A stretch of 64,000 bases of DNA from Blasia pusilla. Its lineage: Eukaryota. The position numbers and the translations under genes are program-made. Below the pieces are notes generated by a model. That model did not search any database. It was not told the DNA's origin and was given only the letters and a program-made list of their open reading frames with translations. The stretch's first letter is position 1. Each line of letters starts with the position of its first letter. Shown here in pieces: positions 38,601 through 51,190 of the stretch. The stretch is from NCBI GenBank assembly GCA_050084515.1, contig CM114271.1:36642001-36706000 (forward strand), written 5' to 3'.

Positions 38601-41600
38601 CGTCTCTACCACTGTCAAACTAGGGCGTGGGATCTATGGTTGTGAGGCTAAGATAGGCTCTACTTAGAGTACAGTATCTAGTGCTTTCGTTAATTGCAGC
38701 ATATGGGGTAGCCTCTTACTAGCGTTTTTGGTGGGTATGTCTAATATCAGACGCGGTTATGCTATGGAACAACAAAAGGGTTTGCTTCTTGGAGCAAAAC
38801 TGGATTACTTGCAGTCATCCTTTCTAAGGAACACAGTGAAGGGATTTGCACGACCACTTTTCCTAGGTGGTCGTTGGTGCTTGCAAGTATATCCTCAACC
38901 TTCCCAACATTAAAACTGTGGAACTCGCTGAATCCTTTGGAGTAGGGTTTAACAAAGTGGTCAGGATCTAGGTTTAGATACTAGGATCTGGTTTGGGCTT
39001 AGTATTTTTTTTGGGAGTCCTGCAGAAATGGGATTCTCTCCGAAAGGATGAAGATGGAAGGGCTTGGGCAGAAACATTGAAGAGCTGGCTTCAGGAGCCT
39101 TTGCGCCCAGGATTGGCTGAAGATGCGTGTGATGGGTCAGTACAGAAAGGGACTGTTGATTCTAGAAAATCCGAAATGGATATGCCCATGTGGGAGGCCA
39201 CTCAACAGGCTGTTCCACGGTATGAGGCTGTACTCTCCTCAGCAGGGTCACGAGGGTTGCTTATCCGTGGTATTCTAATACGCATGGGTCTCTTGCCGTC
39301 AGAGCCCATCTCAACGACTCTAACAAATGATGGAGACCAAAGTAATGTGGAGCCTCACTTGAGGTTTGCATTCTGACACTTCTCTTTGCAGTCCGTTATA
39401 TCGTGTTGTGTTTACTGTCATTCTCAGGCTCAACTTTACTCTAACTTCTAATGTCATGACCTATGTAGGATTTCATTTCTCCAACATGATAAAGGCCAAT
39501 CATGTCCAGCCAGAAGATAGTGAAAGACAGAGAAGACATCATATTCTTTAGATTGAATTGCCATTGATCTTTGGATCACGTAATTCCAATCTGCTTTGTT
39601 TTGTTCAATTCCTCTTGATGCCCATGTATTCTGAAGATCAATATGAAGCCTTCTTTTCCTTCCACTTGATCACGCACTTACTTTTCTGTTATCACAGCTA
39701 ATGCAACTGCTGTGAAGTATGTGTTAGTCAATATGTGATACTAGCCATCTTCTCTCAGAAGATGAGAGTAATTTTCCTGGTTGACATCACAATTGGGATT
39801 GTGGATTTCTGTAATTCTCTTCTGAGTTGCTAATTGATTTTTGGGTTTTTTCCAAACCTTACATTGGAAGACTTTTTGGTATTGCTGTATGTTGCACTAT
39901 CACATGGGTTAACTCTTCTAGATTGATGAATTCACTGATTAATGCAATAGGCCCAATTACCTATCAAGGGTTTCGATGAAGGATATCTGGTTTCCAGCAT
40001 CAAAAGTGGCTGCAGGACGTAGCCTCTGGAAGAGAGTCTCTACAGCTTTTTCTGTCTTCTTTTCAGAGGCAACTTTACAGGTGGGTTCGGTCAAGAGTGT
40101 AACTTATATTGTCGTGAAGTAAGAATACAATGGCAAGTTGCATGGCAAAAACGTGTGCAACACTGCAAGGGAGGTTCACACACTGTGAGTTTAAAATGCA
40201 GACTGTTTCCCGAAATATAAATGCTCTAAAGTCTTTCCCAAACCTTGCTTACTTGTACAAGCTTATAAGTTGACATATCTCCTCTTGACCACAGACTCCT
40301 TATTCGTAGTTGATTAAATATTGGCCATCGAGATGCAGGAACCTGCTTTTCAAGAGTTGGTTTTGCTTTACAATGAGGTTGGACTTGAAGAATCTAAAGA
40401 AGAAAGGCTGCATCTTCAAATGTACAAGACGATCCCTCTTCCTGATCTGAAGGTAACAGATGCACTGTGTGCACATAATCTATATTAGTTGCTTTGTGGA
40501 AAGTGGGACGAGGTGATCATCCCCAGAGGCCATTTGAATAGTAACTTCTCTTTAAAGAACGAGTAGCTTCTCAGAGTGTATTTTATTGGAACTCAGCATG
40601 TTGAATGGGTTCTCATTATTCTTGGGGGCAATTTATTTAATCAGATTTTCTGAGTATATCATGGTTAGACAGCAGGTCTCCATCGCTCTGCAGCGCACCC
40701 AAGCCAATGGGCTTCTGTGGCAGATGCAGGCTGTGGGAGACGCCACTGCCAGGGACTCTCCAGTTGGTAGTCATGTTTCTTTAGCTGTTGTTGATATGTT
40801 TCTGCAGTTGGTGAGGTTAGATTTTAGAGTGTTCCCCCTTTTTTCTTCACCCCTGGCCGGGTGTGGCCTTTGTATTTCCCTCATACTTCTGATAGGGTCT
40901 CCCATCTTCTTTTAGTCACGTCCTGTTTTTCTTTTTCTTTTTCTTTTTCTTTTTCTTATTGTGATTTGTTTTCAGTTGAAAAAATGTCAGTGGCTCTTAG
41001 AGAAGACTTGTACATTAGTTTCTTCCTGAACATTTGGCAAGTTTTGATGGCAATAGAATAAGCATCCCATCCAGATGCATTCCCCTCTTTTGTTTTTCTG
41101 ATGGGTTTTTCATCATACATATTTATTGAGGTTCATCATTTTTTCCAGATAGGTTTGTGGGATGTTTCATGCATAGGGTTAATTTGCAGGGCACTTACAT
41201 TAGAATGTCACTAGATCCCACCAGTTTCTACTAATTCTAAGAGTAACCATCACTCAATCTGCTGAGCTTTTTTGTTGATATTGCCCTGGGTTCGAACATC
41301 TTATTGCATGAGTGATTTTAATCATTATAATTTTTGCATTAGACCCTCTGGTAACTGGTGCAGAGTCTATTCGCAGATTGTATTCCCAAGCAAGAAACTT
41401 TCCTTCCGCCTCATAGACACTGTAAGTTTCAGAGGCAATTCAATTCAATTTTCTGAAGTCTTATAGTCCGCTGTTTTCACAGTGTCTAGAAAGTATTGCA
41501 TGCATTTGCAGTCATTTTACCAGCATTTTGGAGAAGCCTTATGTAAATAAGGATGCTTCGTTTTTTCATAATGGTCTTTGTCATTTTTTTTCGGTCTGTG

Positions 41601-44600
41601 GAAGCTGAGTCTGTTTGTGCAGGTACGGCTAGACTTAACTACTCTACTAGGGCTGTCAGCATTCCTTCTGAACTACCATTTTGACAATTTCTTGAGTTCA
41701 CCGTAAGTCTTGTTTCAATGCCAAGTTTGGATTGGCTACATGTAAAGAATCTCCATTATCAATGATCTCAAATGGATTCACATGGATAGATGCTTGAAGG
41801 AGAAGATGAAGACTAATACAGACCCAAAGATGCCAGAGGAAGTAGAGAATGTACTGAAATGAGCTCAGACTCAAGGTTCATATGAAAATCAGTGAATAAT
41901 CCTTGTTGCATTGGGTTGCTCGTGTAGTTCGGCCTTCGCACTTGATGTTATTGCTTCCTCAGCACTCCTTGTTTTTGTGGTACGAGCAGCTCTGGGATAC
42001 AAGCAAACCTGGGATCGATACCAGGTACTCCTCTTGATTTTAGTCATTTGCATTTTTCCCGATTGGATCAGTTGGTTGGCTGCATGGTAACTGCACTAGA
42101 ATGTACCTTTGGCAATCTTATGTTCGGGACCTCTCCCTTTGGGAGATGGGACCTGAAGTGTGGTAGTAAGAGGGGATGGCTCCAGCGAATGCAGTAACCA
42201 AAGTAAATGAAGAAATCACAGGACTAGAGATCAAGTGAGGAACAAGAACACACACAGATATGATTACCCTCCTCTTACTGTGAAGCTTAAAACCAACAGA
42301 CTTCAAGAACTACCTTTGTGGGATACCTTTTTCTGAATCTGGCTGAACTTGAAGCTCAGATCAGAGTCTTTTCCTCCGAACCACAGAAAGAATGGGATGG
42401 GGAGATAATCACAATACTGCACATTGTGCGAAGATGTGAGACTTCAATTCCTTAATTGGTCACACACAAGAAATTTACATTGTAAGGAGCAATTCTCTGG
42501 TCCCAAATTGTTGTCAGCAGAGCTGTTTCTCCAAGTTCAGTGGTCTAGATTCAAATTTGGGGCTACCTTCCCAAGGTATGAGAAAAAAATTGACTTGCAA
42601 AAGTATCTCCTTGTACAAAGTCAGAACTAGCATCAGCTAAACCATCCATGATTTCAGCTTGCATACAATCAGCAAATCAGTTTCTAACTCACCTGTCAAA
42701 TCAGAGCCCTGCCATGATGTTACTCTCCTTGTTATCTACCAGATACTAAGGAGGATTCTATACAGTCACACCTTGCACTCACAACACAAGTCCTCAGATG
42801 TTACCAGCTCAAGGATCACACATGGCTCACATCACTAAGCACAAACAATCTCCATCAGCTGTCTAGACAAAACGACCTGCCTTCCAGTGAGGCTCTAGCA
42901 AGCACTTTACTTAGTCTCAATCTCCTCTCACTTCTCTTACATCACTATGCAGCAGGGCCAGTGCCGCACGACAGACCAAGAGCCTCAAGAGCCCTCACCA
43001 AAAGCTGTGCATATTGTTGAATTATCTTCTGACTCTACGTAGAGACAATATATACATGAGGGTGAGCATTTCTGACCCTTAGATCTTCTTGAACAGATCC
43101 ATACCCTAAACGTGATGGTGGCTAGCCCTAATTCGAGATTACCCTAAAGAGATACAGGAGCTCTAAGTTGTCTCCAGCTAACTAAGTTAGTATTCGACTA
43201 ACTACTTTTAGGGCATGACTAAACTAGATATTAAAAAATTCCAACAAGGTATAATAGATTGTCTGGTAAAGAGCGTGTTAGCGGGCATCAGGAACCTCCG
43301 CAGTACACTCTCTTTGCTAAGCGCTCCTACTATGAGGTGTATGACGACAAGTTTTTTACAGTGCTACGAATTTTAAGAAGGATTTTGTCATCACTAGAAA
43401 CGATGGGATTTCCTCTTTCAAAAGATTCTGATTGGTCTTACTTGTCATTGTGGTATTAAACACAGCTCTTGGTAAACAAGACCTTGTATGAGAAGACTTT
43501 AGCAAGTGGCTTTGGAGTGGTTCAGTTCTTACTAGATGCATCCGAAGAGCAACAAGTAAGTTTTTCTTTGTGAAATTGTGTCTATGTGTGCTTTTGATTT
43601 ATTTTTGTGGCCTTGAATTGTGTCGTCTATTTCAGTCCCACTTGTTTCTTGCTTCAAGAGTTCTACCATCCCTCTTGCCTTTCTTTTATCTTTTGAAACT
43701 AATCTGAATGTGACCGAGAGACCTTTGGAATGTATAGCACTGCATTATTTCATAACTGCTTCTTGTTTCCTTTTCGCAGTTCAAGGAGGCTATACTCGTC
43801 TTTCTACTCCTTTCGCAACATGGTGGAAGTGAAGTATGTTTGGAACATCTCTGCCTGTTTCCTGTTTGTCTTAGATTCGAATCCAGGAAGTTATTATTAT
43901 TATTATTATATCTTGGGGAAATTCAAAAGGCAAGAAAATGTAAACTGACACTATTTGTCCAATAGGATAGCTCAATCAAAGATAATAAAGGCATATGAAA
44001 ACCAGGTTTCTGCTCTCACATATATTCCTGCCTTAGCTTCTTCTACTGACTAGTTGAACTTAAGTGCAAGTGATGGTAGTGGCCCTAATACTCTTGAAAG
44101 AGCTTTTCAACATTACAAATCTCGGTTCGATGTTCAGGGAATGTCGAAGGAGCAGCTTGTAGATGCTTGTGAGCATTTTCTCTACTACAGATGCAAGGAG
44201 CAGGTGAGTTTATTTATTTGCTTATTGTTCTCGGAATAGAAGAACTACAGTAGTGTTATAAGTTTCATGTTTTTCCTGATTTGAGGATATAAAGTACAGA
44301 TGTCCATATCCATCCAGAAAGTAGGAGCCCAGCCTGAGCTAAGAAATTTTCTCTCTAATCGGATTTCAGAATGGTCTACAATATGGTGTGACAAAATGAT
44401 CTTTGTACACTTTGGAGTGTTGGATAACGTGCAAGATGTGAATATTGGTTGTGAATCTCTGTAACGTTCACTTTTATTCTAGTCAGTGGTGTAGAGCGGA
44501 TATGCTAAACTAGCTATTTCCTCGTGAAGGAGACCATGGTTCTCCAGACCTAATTGCCTGTACTGTGTGGAAATAGGTTGAGATGCCATTGGAGAGTGCC

Positions 44601-44771
44601 ATCGACACTCTACTTGAATTGGGTCTGGCCTATATCTGTGAGAAGGCTTCCACTGTTGGTGTTCATGTTGCAGAAGTTCGTTACAAAACTCTAACCTATG
44701 AGGAGGGTTTGAAATCTTTGGAACAGCATTGGCTTTCCTTACCATCCAGCATCTCACTCTGGGACTCATGA
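35606..44771 (+). CDS. DUF3754 / TMEM143-like membrane protein with long N-terminal extension, 14 coding exons
   Basis: Exons: 35606-36611(?), 37388-37795, 38130-38309, 38751-38886, 39026-39363, 39951-40080, 40339-40452, 41377-41421, 41623-41702, 41928-42024, 43466-43555, 43780-43833, 44054-44203, 44577-44771. Motifs: ALNSDYLLTLPVVVDW, FRRGY, TLQEPAFQELVLLY, IPLPDLKIVFPSKKL, LLVNKTLYEKTLASG, LLDASEEQQFKEAIL. Phases are consistent except at intron 1; the start codon is uncertain. Confidence 0.88.
40650..40956 (+). mobile_element. 3' terminus of an RLE-type non-LTR retrotransposon inside intron 7
   Basis: VRQQVSIALQRTQANGLL (C-terminal RQ.VSI.LQR.QA motif), followed by a short trailer and a (TTTTTC)n tract at 40926-40956. 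Confidence 0.65.
42121..43083. mobile_element. Solo-LTR-like insertion in intron 10
   Basis: Starts TGTTCGGG and ends CCCTTAGA (degenerate TG...CA); flanks TCTTA / TCTTC (4 of 5 TSD match). Confidence 0.4.
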
Positions 44772-45323
44772 AGTCGCTTGAGGATGTGCTCCAACAAACT
44801 ACTACAACAGGGAGGAAAGAAACTATGACGAATCATAGTTTCCCCTTTCAGCAAGGGAACTCTGAGCAGGAAGGGGTCCCACCAAGGCTCATATATAGCA
44901 AAATTTCAGTCCCAAAGATTGTTACAGTATCAAGCAGTAGTCTAAACTGTCCTGAAATTAAGCCCAAGTTTGGACCAAGATGTAAAGTTTTGTTTATTAA
45001 TGTTTGCTGGACAGGCAGTGTGACATAACTTGCATCATGAATATATGCAGTGTTTTGTCTTCTTCCCTTAAACAGTCTATCCACCATCTTCTCGAAATCC
45101 TCAAGGGCTTCAGAAGAAAATTTAACCTTCCCTTGAGAGTTGCCGTGAAAGCCAACAACCATACCATTGTATGGCAGAACCTGGAAGAAGGGCCCAGTGA
45201 AATAAAGTTTGATGGACAACACCATCACCAAACCGCCCACATTAGAGTCAATTGTGATGGTTTGGTGTTGGTGTTGGAGAACAACTTAAGTTAGGTCTTA
45301 AGTTATTCATGTATGGATGATTA

Positions 45324-45351
45324 CTAGTGTATGGTGCCGTGCCTGCACGGG
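45324..45351 (-). mobile_element. Helitron 3' terminus
   Basis: Minus strand CCCGTGCAGGCACGG-CACCATACA-CTAG|T. Confidence 0.7.
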
Positions 45352-47072
45352 ACTAATCATGCTGCACAGTAATTCAATTTTTTTCCCCTTGCTACCCAGT
45401 ATGAGAAATATTGTCTTGCTGCCTCGTTGCCATTCGTCAAGCAGATATGTGATTACAAATCAAGAAATAAGGTTGTAGGGATAATGTGGGAGATTTAGAG
45501 ATGATATTGTACCGTCCTGTTCTTGATCCTCTACACAATAACTAATTTTCCGTTGTCTGAAACACTTGTGTGCGACAAGATTTTCTTGCACTTACTGTCA
45601 TGCGAGATGGACCTGAAAGTTCTCGATTTTCTAAATTAGATTGTGGAAGTAATATCAAGGGTACAAGAGGAAAGAGAGGCAAGGACTGAGCGACCGAGTT
45701 TTCTGCCGATCCATCTCTCTGGTCTGACGTTTAATTTATTTAAACCATGATTAGGTTTGCCACTGGGGTTAGCGGTTTACCACAATCAAACTTTTGTCAG
45801 TTGATTTGGTTTTCTAGTTATCAATAAACTCTTCTACTTAGATCTAATTCATTTAGTCTTGTTCTTCATGTGCTATCATTTCTACCGCATGTTTTGAGGT
45901 GTAATCCCTTTAACTAATCCCATGCCATGCAGTTGTCTTCGATGCACGCCCCCAACCCACCCCTCCTGTCGGGCAACTTTCTACTCTCTTTTTCGTCTAT
46001 CCTTGCAATTCGGTTAGTTGATACACATTTGCCAGTAAAGTAGCAAGGAGATGTGTGATACATAGTGGGATCCTCCCAAGATTTTTAGTATGTCGCATAG
46101 TGACTTGCTCCCAATCATCTTTTCAAGTCTAGCATATTCTAGTAAGGTGTCCTTTATCTTCCAATGAATTCTCAATAGAAGTAAGAGAAATTTTGCATGT
46201 AATCCGTTTCCAGATTCACGCTTCCAAGTTTCATGAGGATTTGATTGAGTGGAAGATCTTACGGTTCTTTCTGTGCTATTAAGAGTTAGATTCGGGACAA
46301 ATGCCACCGATTTCAAGCATGCGAAATAATAAGATATCCCCGATTTCAAGGATGCCAAAGAGTTATGCTTAAGGCGAGTGGGCGCGCAGAGAACAATTAT
46401 TGAGCAGAAGCTACAATCAGTTCCCAGGCTGGAATATAACCATTTCTGCATGTAGTCAGTGATTCCATCCAAAGTCTGACCTTGGCTTGGGTTGTGGTTA
46501 CTTGAGGCTGATTATGAAACGTGGTTCTAGAAGTTGCCCTTGTATGGACGCGGATGACTCTTTTCCGTGAAGGCACTTTACTAGGACTATTTTCGCTCTC
46601 GAATTTTAAGATCACGAACCGTTAGTGGTTCTTCGACAGTTCTGCCCAATTTCATCATCGAAAGTTTAAACGAATCTTATAAGAAATTCGACTCTGCTGA
46701 TGGAATCTCTCCTTTATTTTGAGCAGAGCGAAAAAAAAATTTTGAGGTTTAGATGAGAGAGTAAGAGAGGACCCCAGAGCGTGACGTTGGTGAGACAACT
46801 TGATGTCTACGACTACTTGCCTTTTTATCTCGAGAAGCTTATGGGGTCAATGTTAATTGGGAAGTCACAAAGCTAGTGGTTGTAGTACTGGTACTACTAG
46901 AATGCTCTAAACCATGATAATGTATGCACTCGACAACATGAACGGTCTATAGTTTTATTGATGGGATTGCTTGATATGACGCACGCACATTATTAAATTC
47001 GAATTTATCTAGGCTTAAAAATGATTGAAATTAACATCTTTTTATGGTTTTGTTGGATGCCCTTAACGGTGA

Positions 47073-47352
47073 CTAGTTTTCTTGTGGGAAGCACCGGTGG
47101 CAGAATTTTCCTCTTAATTAACCTTAATTGACAGGTGTTAACTATAGAAAGGCCTAAAGAGGGACATATGTCAACAAGGTAGGGATTTAAAATGACAAGT
47201 GTCAACAATAGAAAAACTTAAAATGGGTGTTGAAGGATTTAAAAGGATAAGTGTCAACAATAGAAGAATTTTAAAAAAGGGTGTCAACATAGGAGGGTCT
47301 TTCTAACCTCACCTCTAACTATATCTAAACATTAATTGTATAAATATATAGA
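47073..47352 (-). mobile_element. Short non-autonomous Helitron related to 19229-19435
   Basis: A|TCTATATATTTATAC 5' end at 47352; shared plus-strand GGTGTCAACA...GGAGGG motif; internal GTGTCAACAA subrepeats; degenerate hairpin plus CTAG|T at 47073. Confidence 0.65.
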
Positions 47353-50257
47353 TTAAATGGGCAATTTACCAAAGGTTGCTAATTGATTACTTCTAGCAGA
47401 CTAACCTACCCTACGAACGATTCTTCTTCTCCGGTTCCTTCCAAGGGTCAGAATGAACCGGGATTCCTTGTAAAATGTGCCAGTTCCCAAATGTGTTTTA
47501 CCAATTTGAAATCTATGTTCACGGAAGGGTCACCGGCCATAAAAGTTAGAGTCTCGGAAATCATCTGATTCTTATTATATATGCTAATAGTTTCGGCGAT
47601 TGAGAATAAAAGTAATCATAAATTTTAGAGAGTAAAAGGGATTAGGAAGGGTTGTAATGGGAGCCAATAGAGGTTAGTAAGGGTTTTAGTAGGACTTTCA
47701 AGTTAATTTTGTGAGTAAACAGATGGAAAATCATTTGAGGAGATCTATTATCATATGGACAAAAATTCTGTCAAAAGAGACCTTAAAATGGACATCATGC
47801 AATAAATAAAAGATTTTTGTCCTCTTTTGAAGTTTGGTATTATAATAAAATGGATGTTCTAACCATAAGACTGGATCACATTATTAAAAACCGAATAAGC
47901 ATATATGTATCCGGTTATCTGACTGAAAGAAACTGTACGAGCCTTGGTTCCTTCCAAGGTGAACGTAGACCGCGGCTTCGGACTGGCTCATGGAAACTCG
48001 AATTTCTAGTAGTCCGAATCCTGGTTCAGCTGGAGTCTAAGGGTGACCGGTTAAGGAAAGGGGAAATGAGTATCTTGACTACTGTTACTTTGAGGCATTT
48101 TTCATGAGTGGAAGCCGCTTTCGCAGGTTTACTGTTCACAAGTTCTTCGCGGATGAGAGGACTACCTACCATCATAAAGAAGAAAAAACTCGCACATTCC
48201 CCAGCCTGGAATCCATGGAGCATCCCAGTCAGGTAGTAACCACGGCTAAAAAGGTTGGCGGTTGTGACAAAAATTTCGATTTACACACACGGTGCGCTTC
48301 GCAACTCGTCGGTGCAGGTCTTTCGTGATCAATGATCAAAGAGAATCTGTCATGGGCCTCATGGCCTTCCGCAAGTAGAATAACTCGACTGCGCCATTCG
48401 ACCTTTGGGAACTACGTTTAGGGATGTTTTCAAAATTGCAGCGCATGTGCTCCAAACGCGAAACGCGATCTCCGTCTTACGGCACATTTATCCTCAAACG
48501 TCGTATCTTCAAGTTGACCAGTAGGGCGGTTCTGAACTGGGAGGTCCGGGGAGTTTTTCCACGGTATTTCATAACGGGGACGTAAAACCTAATCTCGAAC
48601 CGGTTTTCGTTACCAGATATCCTATGCAGAGAACCCCATTGCCTGCCAGTTTTCCCGACCAATTTTAAATGAAACAGAAACTTTTGATTTCGACCGGCTT
48701 AATCCTTCCTAACCTCGGATCTCCCGGTTCGAATCCCGTTAAACAACACATGCGATTTTCTCATCCATATTTTAAAATTACATACGAGCAATGTGACTTT
48801 TAGTTTGTATTCTTAAATAACTAGTAAATTATAGAATTAATATCATAGGACAGTGTCCCCTTGGATGTACATAATATCAAGGAGATTCCTCTACCCCGTT
48901 TTGGTTTACCGTGTTACGAACCCTAATAGATTAATCTTATTAGAGGTGCAGGGAGAAGTACACATTCCATCCTCTCCCGGCAGCACCAACAAATTCATTC
49001 GTTCGACTGAGTGCTTCGGGACAACAAGCTGACGCTTCCGGATATGGAAGTCGGTAACTCCCTTAAGAAAACCATCATGCCGAATCAAGAAAGCATGAGC
49101 GGACCTATCACACCTATGCAACAGCAGGACGAAGCATCTGCAGGGGGGAGTTACGATCACGGCAAATCAGGAGGATGGTCTTCGCTGGCAGGTTGGAGGC
49201 AGGAGTCGGACGCTAACCAAACCAAGAAAGAGAAGAAAGTTAGAGAGTGGAGAATGACCTCGGTTAGATTCCGGAAGTCTGTGTCTACACCCACCGCAGT
49301 CTATGGTACTTCTCATGGGGACGCTAGTCTATGGTACTGTTGCGCTCTGTAACATCCTTAGAAGACAAAGACCGAACAAGAATATGGCGACGCCGCCGAG
49401 AGTGGGGAAAAGAGTGGCGCCACGGACTAGTGGTAGCCGCCCCCGGGATAACCAGTCAACATGATCCGGGATTGGAATCCTAGAGAGACGAGAAGTGATC
49501 GCATGGGGGTCGAGGTGCAAGTCCATGTGGGAAGCGTAAGTCTACTAGGAAGGTTTTTTTTCCATTTTCCATCTTTAGTGTATCCCTTTTTAGCAGTATT
49601 TTTGTGTACTAGGAGAGGGCCTATGGAGAGACCGAAGGGCATGAGAGACCCTTTGGAGGGAGGGAAGAACCGGGATGGGACCACTTGAGCTTAGTACATC
49701 CTCTTTCTAGACTGCTTCCATCTCCCTAATTTCCACTTATCATTCAACCAATTCATTCTCAATGTGTACCCATTTCAAACCTCTATTCTCTAGAGGAGTG
49801 GGAAGGGTTTGCCCCTACACTCTCTCCTTGGGTATGTTCTCTCTTCTCCTCCCCTTGTATAAAGTGGATAGAGCCTAATGGACCTCCCTCATTCTCCAAA
49901 GAGTGTCCATCCTCTCTCCCTTGTGGATAATGGGAGGGATCCTCGCCACCTCTTATCTCCCCTCTATATTCCTATATGAAGGGAGAGAGGGTGGGTCCTT
50001 CTCCTCTAGAGAGAATGGAGGGTCCCGTCATTTGGTTTCCTTCTTTCACTTGGCCCATCCATCTCATTGTCATTCTCTATCCTCTCCAAACCTCTATTCT
50101 TTGAAGTGACAGAGAGGGTTCATCTATCCTCTTTGTATCTCTCATCCCCTCACAAATTGGAAAATTAATCTTATTGAAACACTAAAAACCCTTATTAGAA
50201 TTTTTTGAGTTTTATTAAAGGTTATGTGTTGAAATTTATTCAAAGTATGATGTTATG

Positions 50258-50288
50258 TCTGTGTAATGCACGAGAATGCTTATTCTAG
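50258..50288 (+). mobile_element. Helitron 3' terminus (degenerate)
   Basis: TCTGTGTAATGCACGAGA-ATGCTTATT-CTAG|T. Confidence 0.45.
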
Positions 50289-50834
50289 TGAGAAGAATGG
50301 GGATCTTTGGATCCACAATAAGAGACGAAATGTACAAAACACTCATTGTACTTCTAGGGCTATGTTAGGGATCTATTTACTCAATCATGGCCTAGATCAA
50401 TCTCTCCTACTTAATTAGTCCCATTTTGGAAGTGTAAAATCACTTGGTTATATTGTGTTACCTACCTACAATTGGAGATTATATACAATCCTAACCTTAC
50501 AACTTGTCCACATAAACAGTAATAAAATTAAGGCTTTCATTGAGATTTTTTTTTAAAGGATTGACCTAGCTACATTTCCCTTTATGACTTAATTGTTGCC
50601 TATGTCTTTGTAATTCTATATTTTACAAGAGTGAAACCATGAAGGTCCTTGAAAGATGAGTTAGTTCGCCGTTTATGATCGCCTTGATGAGGGAGGGGTG
50701 GGGGGTGAGGGCGCACTACTTAGCCCTCCCTCCCAGTGGGGTACGGTGGTTAGCCCTCGTGGTATGATACACATAGTGGTCTCCTCGATATTTAGCATAA
50801 GCCATGTTAGGGTTCTGGTGTTGTCTTAAGATTG

Positions 50835-51190
50835 AGTCTTAGAGAGCTTGCGATGTACAATGTATGCAGATTTCAGTAAAGCAACGTGAGAGTGTTTGAT
50901 CGTGGATGTAGCTTTTACACGGGAAATGACCCACATACATCTTGAGTGACATACATCTTGAGTGATTCATATGAGTGATTTTCCAATTTCTTCCAACATT
51001 AATAATGCTTAATTTTGATTTCGTCATTCATTATTACAAGAAGGACATATTGGAAGAAATTTGATCATCATCAAATCACAAATGATATGTGTGGTTCAAA
51101 ACCTATCTAGAAGCTACCTCCACGATCAAACATTCTCATATTGCTGTACTGAAATCTACACATCTTGTACATCGCAAGCTCTCCAAGACT
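50835..51190. repeat. Long imperfect inverted repeat (arms about 145-165 bp, loop about 50 bp)
   Basis: AGTCTTAGAGAGCTTGCGATGTACAA...TTCTTCCAACA pairs with TATTGGAAGAA...TTGTACATCGCAAGCTCTCCAAGACT. Confidence 0.92.

Noticed and set aside
43966..44005. Extra 40-nt exon in the DUF3754 gene
   Set aside because: Breaks phase and would leave a 48-nt intron; the flanking exons join in frame without it.
44848..45240. 130-aa minus-strand ORF convergent with the DUF3754 gene
   Set aside because: No recognisable motif or exon chain; probably 3' UTR antisense, though not excluded without a search.
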